Below are positions 28,791 to 41,990 of a stretch of DNA of 64,000 nt, one piece after another. The DNA is from Callorhinchus milii (Eukaryota). Under the pieces are notes generated by a model. The model saw only the letters and a program-made list of their open reading frames with translations, was not told the DNA's origin and did no database searches. A program made the translations under genes and the position numbers. Position 1 is the stretch's first letter, and each line of letters starts with the position of its first letter. The stretch spans positions 5,954,001 through 6,018,000 of the forward strand of contig NW_024704743.1 of NCBI RefSeq assembly GCF_018977255.1, read 5' to 3'.

Positions 28791-28880
28791 TTCTGCAGTG
28801 AAGTACCGCCTTAAATCAACTTCACCCGTTATAATTGGGAAATGGGTAAAGTTGACTTAAGGTGGTACTTCTCTGCAGAA
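28791..28880. repeat. 90-bp palindrome; related arm at 27659-27712
   Basis: ttctgcagtgaagtaccgccttaaatcaacttcaccc ... gggtaaagttgacttaaggtggtacttctctgcagaa. Confidence 0.88.
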
Positions 28881-29894
28881 TCAAACAGCTATGAAGTTAA
28901 TGACCAATTTATTTGGATTGTTGACTTGGACACCCGAAGAGACTCTCTCTTTCCAACAGTCCAGTGGGGTCTTTAACATCGACCTGAGTAAGACCCTTGG
29001 TTTAACATCTCGTCTGAAGGACAACACCTTCGGCAATGTGTCAGCATTAGCTATGAGCTTAAAGTTCCGACATGTTCTTGAACCCACAACCTTCTTTCTG
29101 ACCCAGAAGGTGAGAGCCAGGCTGATGTCCATTACCGTAAGTTTGAAGTTTATGAAGTTATTTTCTGAAGGAATACAATTTACAAGTTAGCAATAGTACT
29201 GATATACTTATTAGACATCGGTTAATAATGTTTGCCACCTCATATACTCTACTTTCAAATGTTTGTTTTTACAAAGCCACAGGACTACCAGGGTAAAGGG
29301 CTGCAATCTGCAACTTGGAATTTAACTGACTGAAAGAAAATTAGGTAAATATGGTCAGTTATCTCAATCCTTTCCAGCTTTTGAAATATAAATGTTGGTG
29401 GTAGTGAGGAAGCAATATTCAAGAGTTTTAGTGGTCATGGCTACCAATGGGGTAGATCATCATGTACATACGTTGCAGACAGCCCAATTGATGCATCAGT
29501 ATCACTAATAAGAGAGACCCAATCTGGCATCAAGGCTTCCAATATGTGTACACTGGTTATCTGATTGCTAAACAGCTTAAAACAATCTCATCTTATTATG
29601 TTCCAATTTAGATTCCCAGCCTTTATTGGCTGTATATAACTGAATATTTCTTTCGATGAGCAATAGAACTATTTTTGGAATATAGTGGTAGAAAATGAAT
29701 GTTTCCTGGAGTAGTTTATATATTAATACCAGCTGTAGAAGCAAGTACGACGGTCTGACATTTTAATTAAGTCCACATTCAGTTTATGAGTGAAGACACC
29801 TACCACAATAAACTTAGTTCAAACATGATGTCACATTTTAGCCAGAACAGTTGGCAGTAACGTGCCAGTTATGAAGTCTGCTAATAATGTGGCA

Positions 29895-29997
29895 TTGTTC
29901 TGACAAAGGGTCGTTACCCGAAACATTGACTCACTTTGCTTTCTCCATAGACGCTGCCTGATCTACTGGTTGCTCCCAGCAACTTCTGTTTTGGTTT
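29895..29997 (+). mobile_element. Probable Penelope-like element terminal fragment with decayed hammerhead-like motif
   Basis: ctgacaa-agggt-cgtt-accc-gaaac followed by gacgctgcctga..ccagca..ttctgtttt, a layout I recall from shark Penelope-type repeats. Confidence 0.55.
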
Positions 29998-32900
29998 ATT
30001 ATTACTGTCTACTTTGTCAAATGCCAACTGAAAATGGACCACTGTAGGTTTCCCAAAGCCAGGCAGACTGCCGAGCCACTACACAGACTCGTCTTCACTT
30101 TCCTCCCACCACCCCAATTCCCGTGGAGTTGTATGGTTATATTTTACAATCAAAAAGAGGCCAGACGAAAAATGTATGCACAATCAATGAACCCGATGGC
30201 AAATAGGTCAGTTGGGAGTCAGAGGTAATCAGGAGCTGGTGATAACTCGATCAGATGCAGGTCACAAGATAAACTCAATGTTCTTTCACCTTCCCACCCC
30301 CAAAAATTAACATAGCTATAATTGATAGTTAATGAGCTGCTCAGTCACATTTAATTTCTATGAGAAACACCACAGTGCTGAACCGTCTACTTTTATAATT
30401 TAAGGAAATTGACTTTTGGCTCGCTTGCTACTGTTATTACCAACAATGTAAATAGCAATTGATACAAGAGTCCCTATAATTAGCAAGTATAGAAGCTAAC
30501 CATGGATAGCTTTGTTTTCATGTTACATTGTTAACAATTCTTGAACTCCAATGGAACTGCTTCAGTTAAATCTCTGCTTAAGAACATAAGAAATTGCTCG
30601 GCAAAAGAAACCAAGGTCTGTCTAGTGCGCCTTCCACCAGCCTGGCAGTCGCTTGACATGTGTCCCAAACTAAATGTTGTATCCTGAGATATTATTTTCT
30701 AGCAGAAATCGATCTAATTTGTTCTTGAATCAAACAACATTTTCTGCTTTCCCGGTCTCCCTTGGGAGGCTGTTCCATAGGTTTACTACTCACTCACTGA
30801 AGTAGTGTTTCTGCAGATTTCTTCTGAACTTACCCCAATTCAATCGCAGGCCATGTCTTCTGGTTCTACCGCTAGAGTCTAACCAGCAAAAAAACACACA
30901 CATAGCTTGCCACTGAGAGCTTTCCCACTGCTTGTCCAGCTAGGCCAACCCGAGCCGTTAGGGCTTTGGCTTGCCGGGTTAACTATTATTATTAATATTA
31001 TTATTATTAACGGGTGTTGAGTATGAAGAGTCCCTGCCCCCGCCTTCATGTCCTGCCAATGAGCCCGGCTGTGCTGTCATCAGTGGTGCCTTGGAGTATT
31101 GTGAACCCATCAGGTTCAGGAACTGGAATCTGAGACGACCACAGAGTATTGGCTCAATTCCAGCATTCCAATGTGTGGCAATATGTCCAGCATTGCCAAA
31201 CATGCCACCTTGGAGCCAGTTAATCTGCAGTGAGACACTGCTTGATTACCTCCTCCCCAAAAGATGATAGTATGGCTGAATAAGAAGGGCTAAGCTCTGC
31301 AACATCGAGGAATGGTGTAAGAATGAAACCGTACTTGCCAATTTCTAGTATAATCTTAGTCTAAGAATCTAGATTTCTACCAAACAACTTCTGTTTACCA
31401 ATGTAAGCCATGTATTACACTAACTCCCTGAATGTTCATAAAATTTTACAGCGCAGAAGGTGGCCATTTAGCCCATTGCACTGGTCCGACCTTCCCCACC
31501 AAAGCAAAATGCTCCGATTCCACTCCCTTGTTCTTTACTTGAAGTAAAAAGTATGTATTTTGTGCTACAAGGCAAAGAACAAAAGTAGATTGTGCAAAGA
31601 CATTGCTTTCAAGGAGAGAGAGATATCAAGAATCTTTGAATTAATACCTTCTTAAACCAACGTAACTACTACTATGCTATCCTGATAACGCTTTTTCAAT
31701 ATTTTCTATGAAAGTCCCCAAGGTCCAAACAAATCTACCTAAATGAAACACACATTTGCATTGATTAAAATACTAGTAACGATAAGTCAGAAAGTTTTAA
31801 AAATCAAAATATCAAAAAAAAAGGAAATATGTTAAAAGTTTTTGTCCAATCCTAAATTCTCTAAATTTATATGCAACTGTGATACAATCATCGTTAAAGT
31901 CAAAAGCTAGAGATTATAATTATTCATCTAGATCTGTTATTCTAAGGAACTAAGGCTTCTTAGTCTTGGTGCACTGGCTGGGGGTTTAAGGCAAGGTTGA
32001 AACCTACTGATTTCCCATTCTGAGTCAATTAGGACTAAAGAATGCTGAGAATGCTTTGCTCCTTTTGAAAGCTCCAGTCCTTCAGAAGCCACTCGTGGAA
32101 TGTGTGCAAGTTTTGTTAGTGCTATGGAATATTTTATGCAACATGTTCCATAAAGGCACAATACCTAACATGTTTTTTTTTTGTCATGTGTCGTTTATTC
32201 AGTGCACCAGATATACAGCATTCTTTCATTTTAACATAAATGGAAATAGAAAAGAGCACATAGTCATTACACCTCCCCCACCTGACTTGTGTACATTATC
32301 TTATCGAACACGCATTTTATGCCTATTACCTTATCCAACTCACATTTTCCACAAAATTCATTCATTCCGTTCCTTGTAGCACCTGAATTTCCACAGGGAT
32401 TTCACCTACTGACCTAACCTTACAGTTTTTATGTAATAAGCATTTTATTCAACACATCATTATCTGTATTTGTTGGAAGCACATTTAAAATCCACTAGAT
32501 TTGGTGGTGGGGGGAGGGGGGGAGAGGAGACAGACAGACAGACGAATGTTTCTTCTGGTCTCGAGGATTACTAATTCCAATTCTGCATTGAGTTCAGATT
32601 AAACAGCTTCCCATTATTTTGAAGGCCCGAATATCACATGAAAAGTTTTTGCATTTTTAAAAAAAAATGTTCAGTGGTCTTTTCCCAGGTCTTTGCAATG
32701 GAGCATTAGCTAACTGAGTTAGCTTCAAAATAGCACTGCCTGCTGTGTCTGTGAAACTTGTCTCGCTTACATTGTGGTGACAATTTCTACAGCACCAACA
32801 GCAAATTACAACAGTCAATTTCTGGCCACTGACGCTTCCCCAATTAAGTAATGTTCATCATATAGGTTGCAATTTCCTGGTAACTGTTTGGTAGCAGCGC

Positions 32901-33303
32901 AATCAAAGGCATATTGCATTTTTCACTGGAAGTGTATATATAAGAATTGCCAGACGAAAAAACACCAAGGTCCATCTAGTTAATTTGTTTAGGTTTCAGA
33001 ATCCAAAAACTTAAATGGTGCTCTTTAAAATGACCAAGCTTCTTGGTTTTCCACACCGAAGAAAATAAATTCAGACATTGTTTGGAGGGCCACAGGAAAG
33101 GGAGAACCAAGCAAAGCCCATGAGGGTAGGAAACACCAAGATTGAGGGTGGAAGCAGAATTCAAAAAGGCCTACAGTCAAGAATTCAAGGTAATAAGGCA
33201 TAATTTCCCAATATTCCTCACTAAAATCAAGACTTATTGTTGTCACCTCGGAGTCAGGACTTGCAACTCATATAGTTTAAGCTGACACTCCAACGGAGTG
33301 CAT

Positions 33304-33541
33304 TGTTTAACTAGTAGCAAGTAGGGATCCCGGTGTTAGTCAATTGATGGGTTGCTTTCTGGGGTTAATAACCCAGCAAAAAAAATTGGTCACTCAATCC
33401 ATGACTGTTTGTGGGACACTGCTGTTCACAATTGGCTGCTGTATCTCACCCACAAAATACAGTCAATCCACTTTACAATATATTCTGTGAAGTGCGTCAA
33501 TGACATGATAAAGTGCTATATCAAATAAAGATTATTATTAT
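33304..33541 (+). mobile_element. 5'-truncated SINE family 1 nested in a Deu-type SINE
   Basis: Family 1 body and tail interrupt ggagtgcattgt|cagaggtgccatcc; attgt at both junctions. Confidence 0.85.
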
Positions 33542-34067
33542 TGTCAGAGGTGCCATCCTTCAGATGAGACATTAAACCGAGGCCCTGTCTGCCCGTTTGA
33601 GTTTCTCCTGGTATCCTGGTCAACAATCCCCAAATAAAAAATTGTGGGCATTCATAGCCTTTTGTGAGACATTGCTGTGTGCAAATTGGCTGTCGCGTTT
33701 ACCCACAAAACACACTTTACAGTATATCCTGTGAAGCACTTTGGGATGTGCTCTGATGTGAAAAGGCGCTATACCAAATGTAAGGATTAAGGGGGTTATT
33801 GGTTATTTTTAAACAAAGGGGAAGTGCTTAAAAAAGATTTCACAAAGAGTGTTGTTTCCCTTTGCTAAGCATCTTACTAAAGTGTAACACTGAAATTGTA
33901 ACAAGCTAGCCACAACTACTGCAATTGTTCTGCATATAAAAACACACATCCTCCTTTTGAATCCCTGAGCACAGCAAAATCTATCAACAATTACACAATG
34001 ACCAGCTGATGGCAACATTTTCTGAGTCATTATCTGGATGGAACTGAATACCTCAGAAGAACATTCA

Positions 34068-34625
34068 ACAACAACAACAAATGACATTTGTATAGTGCCT
34101 TTCACATCAGGGGGACGTCCCAAGGCGCTGGACAGTCACAGATCCGCACCCGAGCTGGTGGTTGGGATCAGGAAAGGTGGGTAGTGGGGCGGGGAGAGTA
34201 GGGTAGGAGGGTGACCGAAGGCACGGTCAAAGAGGAGCTTCTTGAGATGGGTCTTGAAGGAGGTAAGGGAGGTGGCAAGGCCAAGGGACTATGGGATGGA
34301 GTTCAAAAGGGTGGTGGCAGAGAGGCTGAAGTTCCGCCTGCCAATGGCGGGGCAGGCAAGGCAGGGGACGTGAAGCAGGCCTGAGCCCGCTAAGTGGACA
34401 GTTTGGTAGAGGGTTAGGAGGTCACAGAGGAGGGAGGAGCAAGGCCGTGGAGGGCTTTGAAGGTGATGATCAGGATCTTGAAATGTATCCTCAGTGATAG
34501 GGAACCAGTGGAGTCGGGCAAGGATGGGGGTGGTAGGGTTGCGTAGCCTAGCGCAGGAGAGGACACGGGCTGCAGAGTTCTGCATAATCTGCAGCCTGTG
34601 GAGGGAGGAGTTAGGAAGGCCGACA
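34068..34625 (-). mobile_element. L2 LINE 3' fragment with (TTG)n tail
   Basis: MQNSAARVLS..PILARLHWFP; tail gcgccttgggacgtcc..tgatgtgaaaggcac, (caa)n on + strand. Confidence 0.9.
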
Positions 34626-34699
34626 AGACATTCAAGGAATCTTTACTCATTCTTCTGCAAAGCAGTTTTGCAACAAACCTTCTGGCACGATTTCTAATC

Positions 34700-35260
34700 T
34701 TTGATATATAGCACTCCACAATCTACCCTATGACAAACTGCAAAGAGAATTTGTTCACTTCAGGGGCTCCCTTCAATTTACTGCCATATCTTGTTATCTC
34801 TAATGTAGGCCATTCTCACTGGTTCACAATGCAGTAGGTCATTGAAGCTTCATCTAGGTTTCCCAATATTTAAGATGAACATCCTTGAGGTTCTTCACAT
34901 GAAGTTCTGGAAGCTTACAAAAACACTGGGGGTATCAATATTTGATGCATCACTGTTGCACAGACAAAACCCACTCCACTTCATAAATAGGTGTAGCTGC
35001 TCATGAAACCCAAGAGTTTCATCTCAGTAGTACTTTATGTATGCTGGTAGCAATCTAATTCTGTTAGTGCTGCTATCCCTACCATCTCTCTCGACACTCA
35101 GTCCAGGGAGATCTTTCCCAAATCAAATAACTTTTCCTTGTGGGAAATAATGCAAGTCTCAGTTGCTGGCTTATTCACAGGACACACACTGCTTCTCTGT
35201 TCACCTTCTTCTCAGTCGCCTCCATCACCTTCATCTTAAAAGTTAAAAGTGTATTGGAAT
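34700..35260 (-). mobile_element. Possible highly degenerate pogo-type transposase remnant
   Basis: - strand peptide FKMKVMEATEKKVNREA near 35190-35245 resembles the Brinker-type DNA-binding N-terminus of pogo transposases; no intact ORF. Confidence 0.3.
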
Positions 35261-36067
35261 AGATGTCATGCTAAATGTAAAAATGTGAGGTCTTGTGTTT
35301 CAGACCCATTTCACCAGACAGAATGTGTTGTACATAGACTTTTACATTTATAGTGGAATTATAACTCCAGCCACACTCACGCCTAAATTAAGACGAGAAC
35401 AAGCCACGCTTTGTGACTTTGTTTTTCTTCTGAGCAGACTGGATGCAAGAACTTCAAGCCTGTAGACCTTCTCATGCATTTCAAATATTTCTACAAGCTC
35501 AATTATAACATATCCACCTCACTACTTTTGTTTTTTTGGGTTTGGTTACCACCTTTCATTTGTTTCAATTCCTCAATAGTTCACAACTGAAAAAACATTT
35601 GTCTGGTAGATGTAGAATTCACCAAAAATCACTCACCACTCTTTTTCTCAGCAATATCTATCACTGTAAAAATGACCAGGTGCCATTCCAATACAAGAAG
35701 TGAAAATGCCTCACGACTAAAATATCCACAGGTTACAGATGTGCGGCCAATTATATCAATCGCTTAGACTTCTTTCTTCTGTAGAGTTTGAACAGTTCAT
35801 TTAATTTTGAGGTCAATCAAAGGCCTATACATTCATTTTCGAATGGCTAGTAGGTGATAATTACTGACAAAATACATTTGCTCCAAATGAGCAATACTAG
35901 CAAATAGCTGAACTGCTGAGTTTGTCTATGAATATCTTCTTGTGGCCAGTACCAAAAAGAGAAAAAATATAATGGCAAATCAGTCTGTTATTATTCTCTA
36001 TATTCACAAGTTAAAGGAAAGCAAAACCACCAACTAAACAGCAATAGGATTCACCAAAAAGCACTCA

Positions 36068-36529
<462 letters not shown>

Positions 36530-38293
36530 TCACAGAATTCTCTGTGAAGTGTAGTAGTTATCTATAGGCAAATGCAACAGCCACTTTGTACACAAAGTCA
36601 TGTATTCTAAATTTTATGTAGAGGGCAGTTGGCCAGGACACTAGGAGAAATTTCTTCCTTCTTTCTCCCAAATAGTTAGATTCTTATGCTTTCAAGAATC
36701 TAAGGTTTCGCTGCTTAATAGTCCAGCCCTCACACAATTCCATTTGATAGAGCACATTTCATACTAGAAGAATGTCTCAAAGTACTTTATAGAATTGCTC
36801 TAAAATTTAGTGACTGCATTTTGTCAGCAAACACACTAGTAGCTTGCTTCAGAATTTGAAAACTTGAAACAGCATTCTTCTATTAAAGACATCAAACACA
36901 AATCCTCAGGTTTGGGGGTCCAATGGTTTGAATGCTTTTACTTCACTTTTGTAAAGAGTTACAAAAGCTCGACATTGGCAAGTATAAATTTTGTATAACT
37001 TTTTGAACTTGTTACAAAATAGTGTGCTGCCTAATAAAATCCATGGGTTACCTACTGGACTACTTTCGTCAATTAAGCCTATCATAAGAGTTTAAAGCTA
37101 AAATTAAAGATGTTAAGCAATAGGGAAAAGGTAATAGTACACAAACAGGAATATACCACTGCCAAAGCATTGTGAGAAATGGAGATTTAATTCCCTAACC
37201 CATCTAGATGCTAATCTCAACCTTAAATACATCAAGCTTTATAAAACTTACTACACTGTGTACATGGGGCACTGTAACTATTGATATATGTAAGGCTAAT
37301 TGTTACCCATCGCCCATTTTATACCTTCCATTTCACTTCGCTTCAGTACTTTCCCCAGCTAGAATTTTCCAGGATCAATTTATCAACAACCATGATTAAT
37401 TAATTCTGTATGCTATTTCATAGGAAGTAATCCATTGCTATCCACTTATATAGCCTGCCTCGCGCAACATTAGGTACTTTCTTCTAATGCACATCAAGTT
37501 CCATCTCAATTTGAGTTTCACACATATGGGGAGATAAATGATACAGGAAAAAAAATGAAAACAAGAACACAACTTAATGGGAAAATATGCTAATCACTGG
37601 TTATAGTACAACAGTATAATAGTTAAATTGTTTTGGTGACATTATTATAGCCTGAAAGACAGGATTATAATGGCCAGCCAAAAATCAATGTCAAGCTACA
37701 TTTGTAATGATCTATTCTCTTGACAATTATATCGGGCAGAGAATACTACCAATACATCAAAGGAGAACTTTAAACAAGAGCAATGTTAAAACCTTGCTTC
37801 TATAGTTTACATTTCAAGATTGAATGTCTGCTTCAACCCTTTTTTTCCCCCCAGTAGATTTCTGTGATCTTGCATTTATGTGCCTTGTATAGTTTCCAAT
37901 ATTTCCTTCATCTATCTTTACATCTGAAATAGCAGTTAGTTTGAGCACAATGTCCAATTTATAATACCCAAGTATATATAGGATTGCCAGGACACCTTTG
38001 CGTTTAGGCTTTCAATTTCAAGTTTTCAACAACAAATTATTTTGTGTCAAAGAGGGTGTAGGATTAATCATGGCCAAAAAACTGGTTCGAGCAAATACCA
38101 TTAGTTTTCAAACAAAAAAAGTGATTCATCCACACACAAGTTAGTTGTATTTTAAGTGGGATCTAATTTGCAATCACACTTTCCTAGGTGTTGACAGCAT
38201 CAACCTGCATAGATGGAACACAGTGGAGCTGGAGCAAAGCCTTAATGTATTGATTTCCAACATTATTTCTAACCCCATATCTGTGCTCTTACT

Positions 38294-38582
38294 TAATAAT
38301 AATCCTTGCATTTGACATAGCGCCTTATCACGTCTTCTCGACGTCTCAAAGCGCTTCACAGAATATGCTGTAAAGTGAATTGACTTGAATACTTGTGGGC
38401 AAAACGCGGCAGCTAATTGCGCACAGCAGTGTCCCACAGACAGCCATGGATTGAAAATGACCAATTTATTATTGTTTTTGTTTTTTGGAGGGATTATTAA
38501 TAGGCGTGTGGAGTAAGGAAACTTGCCCACGTTTTGCCCTGCCTAGAATTGAACCCAGGTGTCTCGCTTGCAAGGCAAATGC
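38294..38582 (-). mobile_element. SINE family 1, short form
   Basis: Same junction as 8815-9108 (ggagggattattaataggcgtgtggagtaagg). Confidence 0.9.
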
Positions 38583-38589
38583 TCTTGAG

Positions 38590-38995
38590 TACTTGCTCAA
38601 TTTTTCCTCAAATCCAGTATTTTTCGTCAAATCCAGCTCTCCTCAGGCCACTGAGAACCTCAACAATGCTTTTCACCTCAAGTCTACACCAACACTCTCC
38701 TCGCCGGATTTCCCAGGTACTGCAACCCTACAAATCTGTCCGCTCCCTTCGCTCAGCAAGAATTAGCCTACTTCATGTCCCCCACATATTCACTCCACAA
38801 GCGGCAGGCAAACCTTCAGCCATTCTGCTCCAGTTCTCTCAGACTCAATCCCTCCTCATTCTCAAGATGTACCTCTTTGATTGCATTTTCAGTTATCTTG
38901 GCCCTCTCCACCCTCTCAGCTCAGGTGCCCAGTCAGCAGTGAGAAGTGCTTTAAGATATCCTCATGACGTGAAAGGTTTTATATAAATGAAAATT
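38590..38995 (+). mobile_element. Diverged L2 3' fragment
   Basis: Degenerate L2 3' ORF motifs and tail agtgctttaagatatcctcatgacgtgaaaggttttatataaatg. Confidence 0.6.
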
Positions 38996-40781
38996 GTATT
39001 GTGCAAGTTCTGGGTCAAAAGACTTCCATGGCTGACTTGCACCACCACTGCAAGACCATTTGCCATATATTAAAAAAAAAGACTTGGACAGGACAGACAA
39101 TGGGTCCTTCCACTCAAGTTATGGTTGAAACCAAAATTAAACGAGTTATAAATACTTTGCAAACTAATGAGAAAGTTTCAGAATGGTGGATTTGAGAATG
39201 ACCGCAGACCAAAAGTTAAAGAGTATCTAACTTTGCAAGATGCACATCTTTCAATTCCTCTAACAGATGTCCAAACTAGCCACATAGAGGCACCCACATT
39301 TTATTCTCTTTAGTGGATTGCTAATGGATTGCACACTGAATTGTCTATCCAAGAAACTATTTTGTTTTTGGTGAACCTGACATGAATAATGCTGATGCAA
39401 CAATACAATTAGTCAATGGTCCATTCAAAATATTTATTGATTTTTTTTTTAAGAGAGCAACCCTATACATGATTTGGCTGCATAGTTTAAGAATAAATTA
39501 GTTTGAGAATATTTTGATAACTGTGGGTGGAGACGGAGATAGTTGGGCGTCATCCGCATGCATGTGGAAGTTATCCCCATGCTTGCGAATGACATACAGA
39601 ATCTAAACACTTAATAAAATCCCCCAAATTCCTTAGTCAGAATGCCTGAAGCAACATTTTCCAGAGGAAACATCAATTTGTTTTAAGAGCTGAACTATTT
39701 TGCCCACAAAATATACACTCAATTCACTTTACAGTATATTCTGTGAAGCGCTTTGAGATGTCTAGAAGACGTGAAAAGCGCTACATCAAATGCAAAGATT
39801 ATTATTTCATCTTCATTTCATTGTCAAATAACCTCCTAAATGCAATTAAAACTTGCACGTAGAACCAAAATCCCTCAGTGTATTGCAGGGCAGTTAGCTA
39901 AACCGTTCAGTTAGGTAGATATGGGTGTGGGGGAATGTTATTGAAATTCTGAGATCAAATTGTTTTTCTGAGTCAACCAGGTGTCCGACACGTGCAGAAA
40001 CCCATCACGATGCTTAGAGTATCCAAAGCAAACTGAGAAGTTACTTCAAATAAAGTTTAGAATTCTTCAAAACACTCCAATCCAGTCACATGAATTGTCT
40101 TAATTAAAATGTAAAAATCAGCACTTTCATAGGGTTCTTCCTTCAAACTATGTTTTGATTCAATCTTCGTAAATCAGGAGACGGTAATTCCAAGAGCTTA
40201 CATGGAAGCTTCCCATGGTACTACGCAAGCTGAATTGAAACATCTTTCGCAATTTTTTTCTGCCGCAGCTAAATGCCAATGCACACCTTCACAGTCTGCC
40301 CATCACTGTAACTGTGCCCATTCATTCGTATGATTGAATCACTGAACCAAACTGTTACAAAACAAAGAAGTGGCACAGTTTTAAGTCACATACAATGTGT
40401 TCCATAATTCTCAGAAAATCACTCAATATGCCTTAACATGTTCAGGTATGATACATCTCAGCCCTATATTCTGCCCCCCAAACACCCCACCACCAAACAA
40501 TAAGGTTTTCTGCAAAACTCCCACAATATATACATAATACATATATATCATATAGTCCTATAGTTTAGTGGTTAGAGCACTCGCCTCGCAAGCGAGAGGA
40601 CCTGGGTTTGAATACCAGGCAGGGCGAAACGTCCGGCAAGTTTCCATACTCCACCTGCACCTGTTTACCTAGCAGTAAATATAAACCTGGTTGTAGTGAA
40701 TTGGCAGATCGCTTTTCTGGGGGTAATAATCCTTTTTTTTTACGTGTCTCGGAGCCATTATAAGGGGTTATTATTACATAA

Positions 40782-41205
40782 CATTTACATTTCTATAGCA
40801 TCTTTCATTTTGGGAAGATTTCTCAAACTGCTTCACAGGATATACTGTGAAGGGCAGTGACTTGTTTTATGGGTGAATGCAGCAGTCAATTTGCACACAG
40901 CAATGTCCCACAAACAGCCATGAAGTATATGTCCAATTTAATTCGGGGGATTGTTGGCCAGGATACTGGGAGAAAGAAACTCCCTTCTCGTTTTGAATAG
41001 TGCCATGGGATCTTTAATATCCATCTGAACAGGCAGACAGGGCCTAGTTTAATGTCTCACCCAAAGGCTGGAACCTCAGACAATACAGCACACGCCCATC
41101 ATTGTATTGGAGCTTAGACTATCAATTCCAAGTCCCTACATGTGGCTTGAACCCATAAAGTTCAGACACAGAAGTGAAAGGGCTACCAACTGAGTCAGGC
41201 TGCAT
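40782..41205 (-). mobile_element. Deu-type SINE family 2, near full length (other pieces about 1-170 -, 28885-29130 -, 33245-33790 +, 49474-49620 +, 58930-59090 +)
   Basis: gggatctttaatatccatctgaac..tttaatgtctcacccaaagg..ggcttgaaccca; reverse complement of the 26617 copy. Confidence 0.75.
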
Positions 41206-41569
41206 CCTGGTTGCAGACGTCTGAAATAGTAATGACTGCCTGTGCCAAGTTTGAAATTGAAAACTTTCACACATTTGAAATCTGATCTGTAAGTGATTCA
41301 GTTTACATTAAATTCTTTATTCCAGCGTTCTAAAATGTGGATATGACATCAGCTACAAGACAGGCTGAACATGTCATCTTCTCCACCTCCCTTGCCCTCT
41401 CTCATCCAAATCCGTAGCTCAGGTGCAAACCTCTCATTGTCCAATGCCTTGGGACGTCCTCCTGATGTGAAATGCACTATATAATACACTTTGTTGTCGT
41501 TGTTCTGCAATATAGCTGATGAGATAACATTACAAGCTCGGCGACCATTTTTCCCCCCAATCCCACTGT

Positions 41570-41990
41570 TAATAATATCCTCAATTTCACTTTTTATACC
41601 AAATATCAACAATTTGCATTCATATAGGTCCTTTCACATAGGTTGGGTCTTAGCTTGCTTTACAGTGATGGGGTTAGACCTTGAGCAGAGGTGTTTAACC
41701 ATAAGCACTGTCAACGAGGTAAGTTTTAAAATGGGACTTAAGAAATAGGGAATGAGACGGAGTGAGTTCCAGAGGTTAGCGGCATAGAACCTGAAAACTA
41801 GGCCTCTGATGGCGTGGATGAGGTGGGAGGAACACTTAGCAAGCTTGAGTTAGCCAAGTGGAGGGTGTGAACAAAATGGGGAAGGAGGGGATTAGAAAGA
41901 CAGAAAGGTGCTAGGGTCTGAAGGGATTTGTTGGGAAGGTTGAGGACCCTGAAATCAATTTACTGGGAGACAGGCAAACTTGGCAAGCCC
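41570..41990 (-). mobile_element. Diverged L2 3' fragment
   Basis: gagttccagaggtt (WNSL motif on - strand), ttgcattcatatagg..ctttcacat tail. Confidence 0.6.

Noticed and set aside
40553..40625. tRNA-Ala(CGC) genes at SINE heads (also 27470-27546, 28337-28400, 43275-43345, 45560-45625)
   Set aside because: Acceptor stems are incomplete and each continues into SINE body sequence
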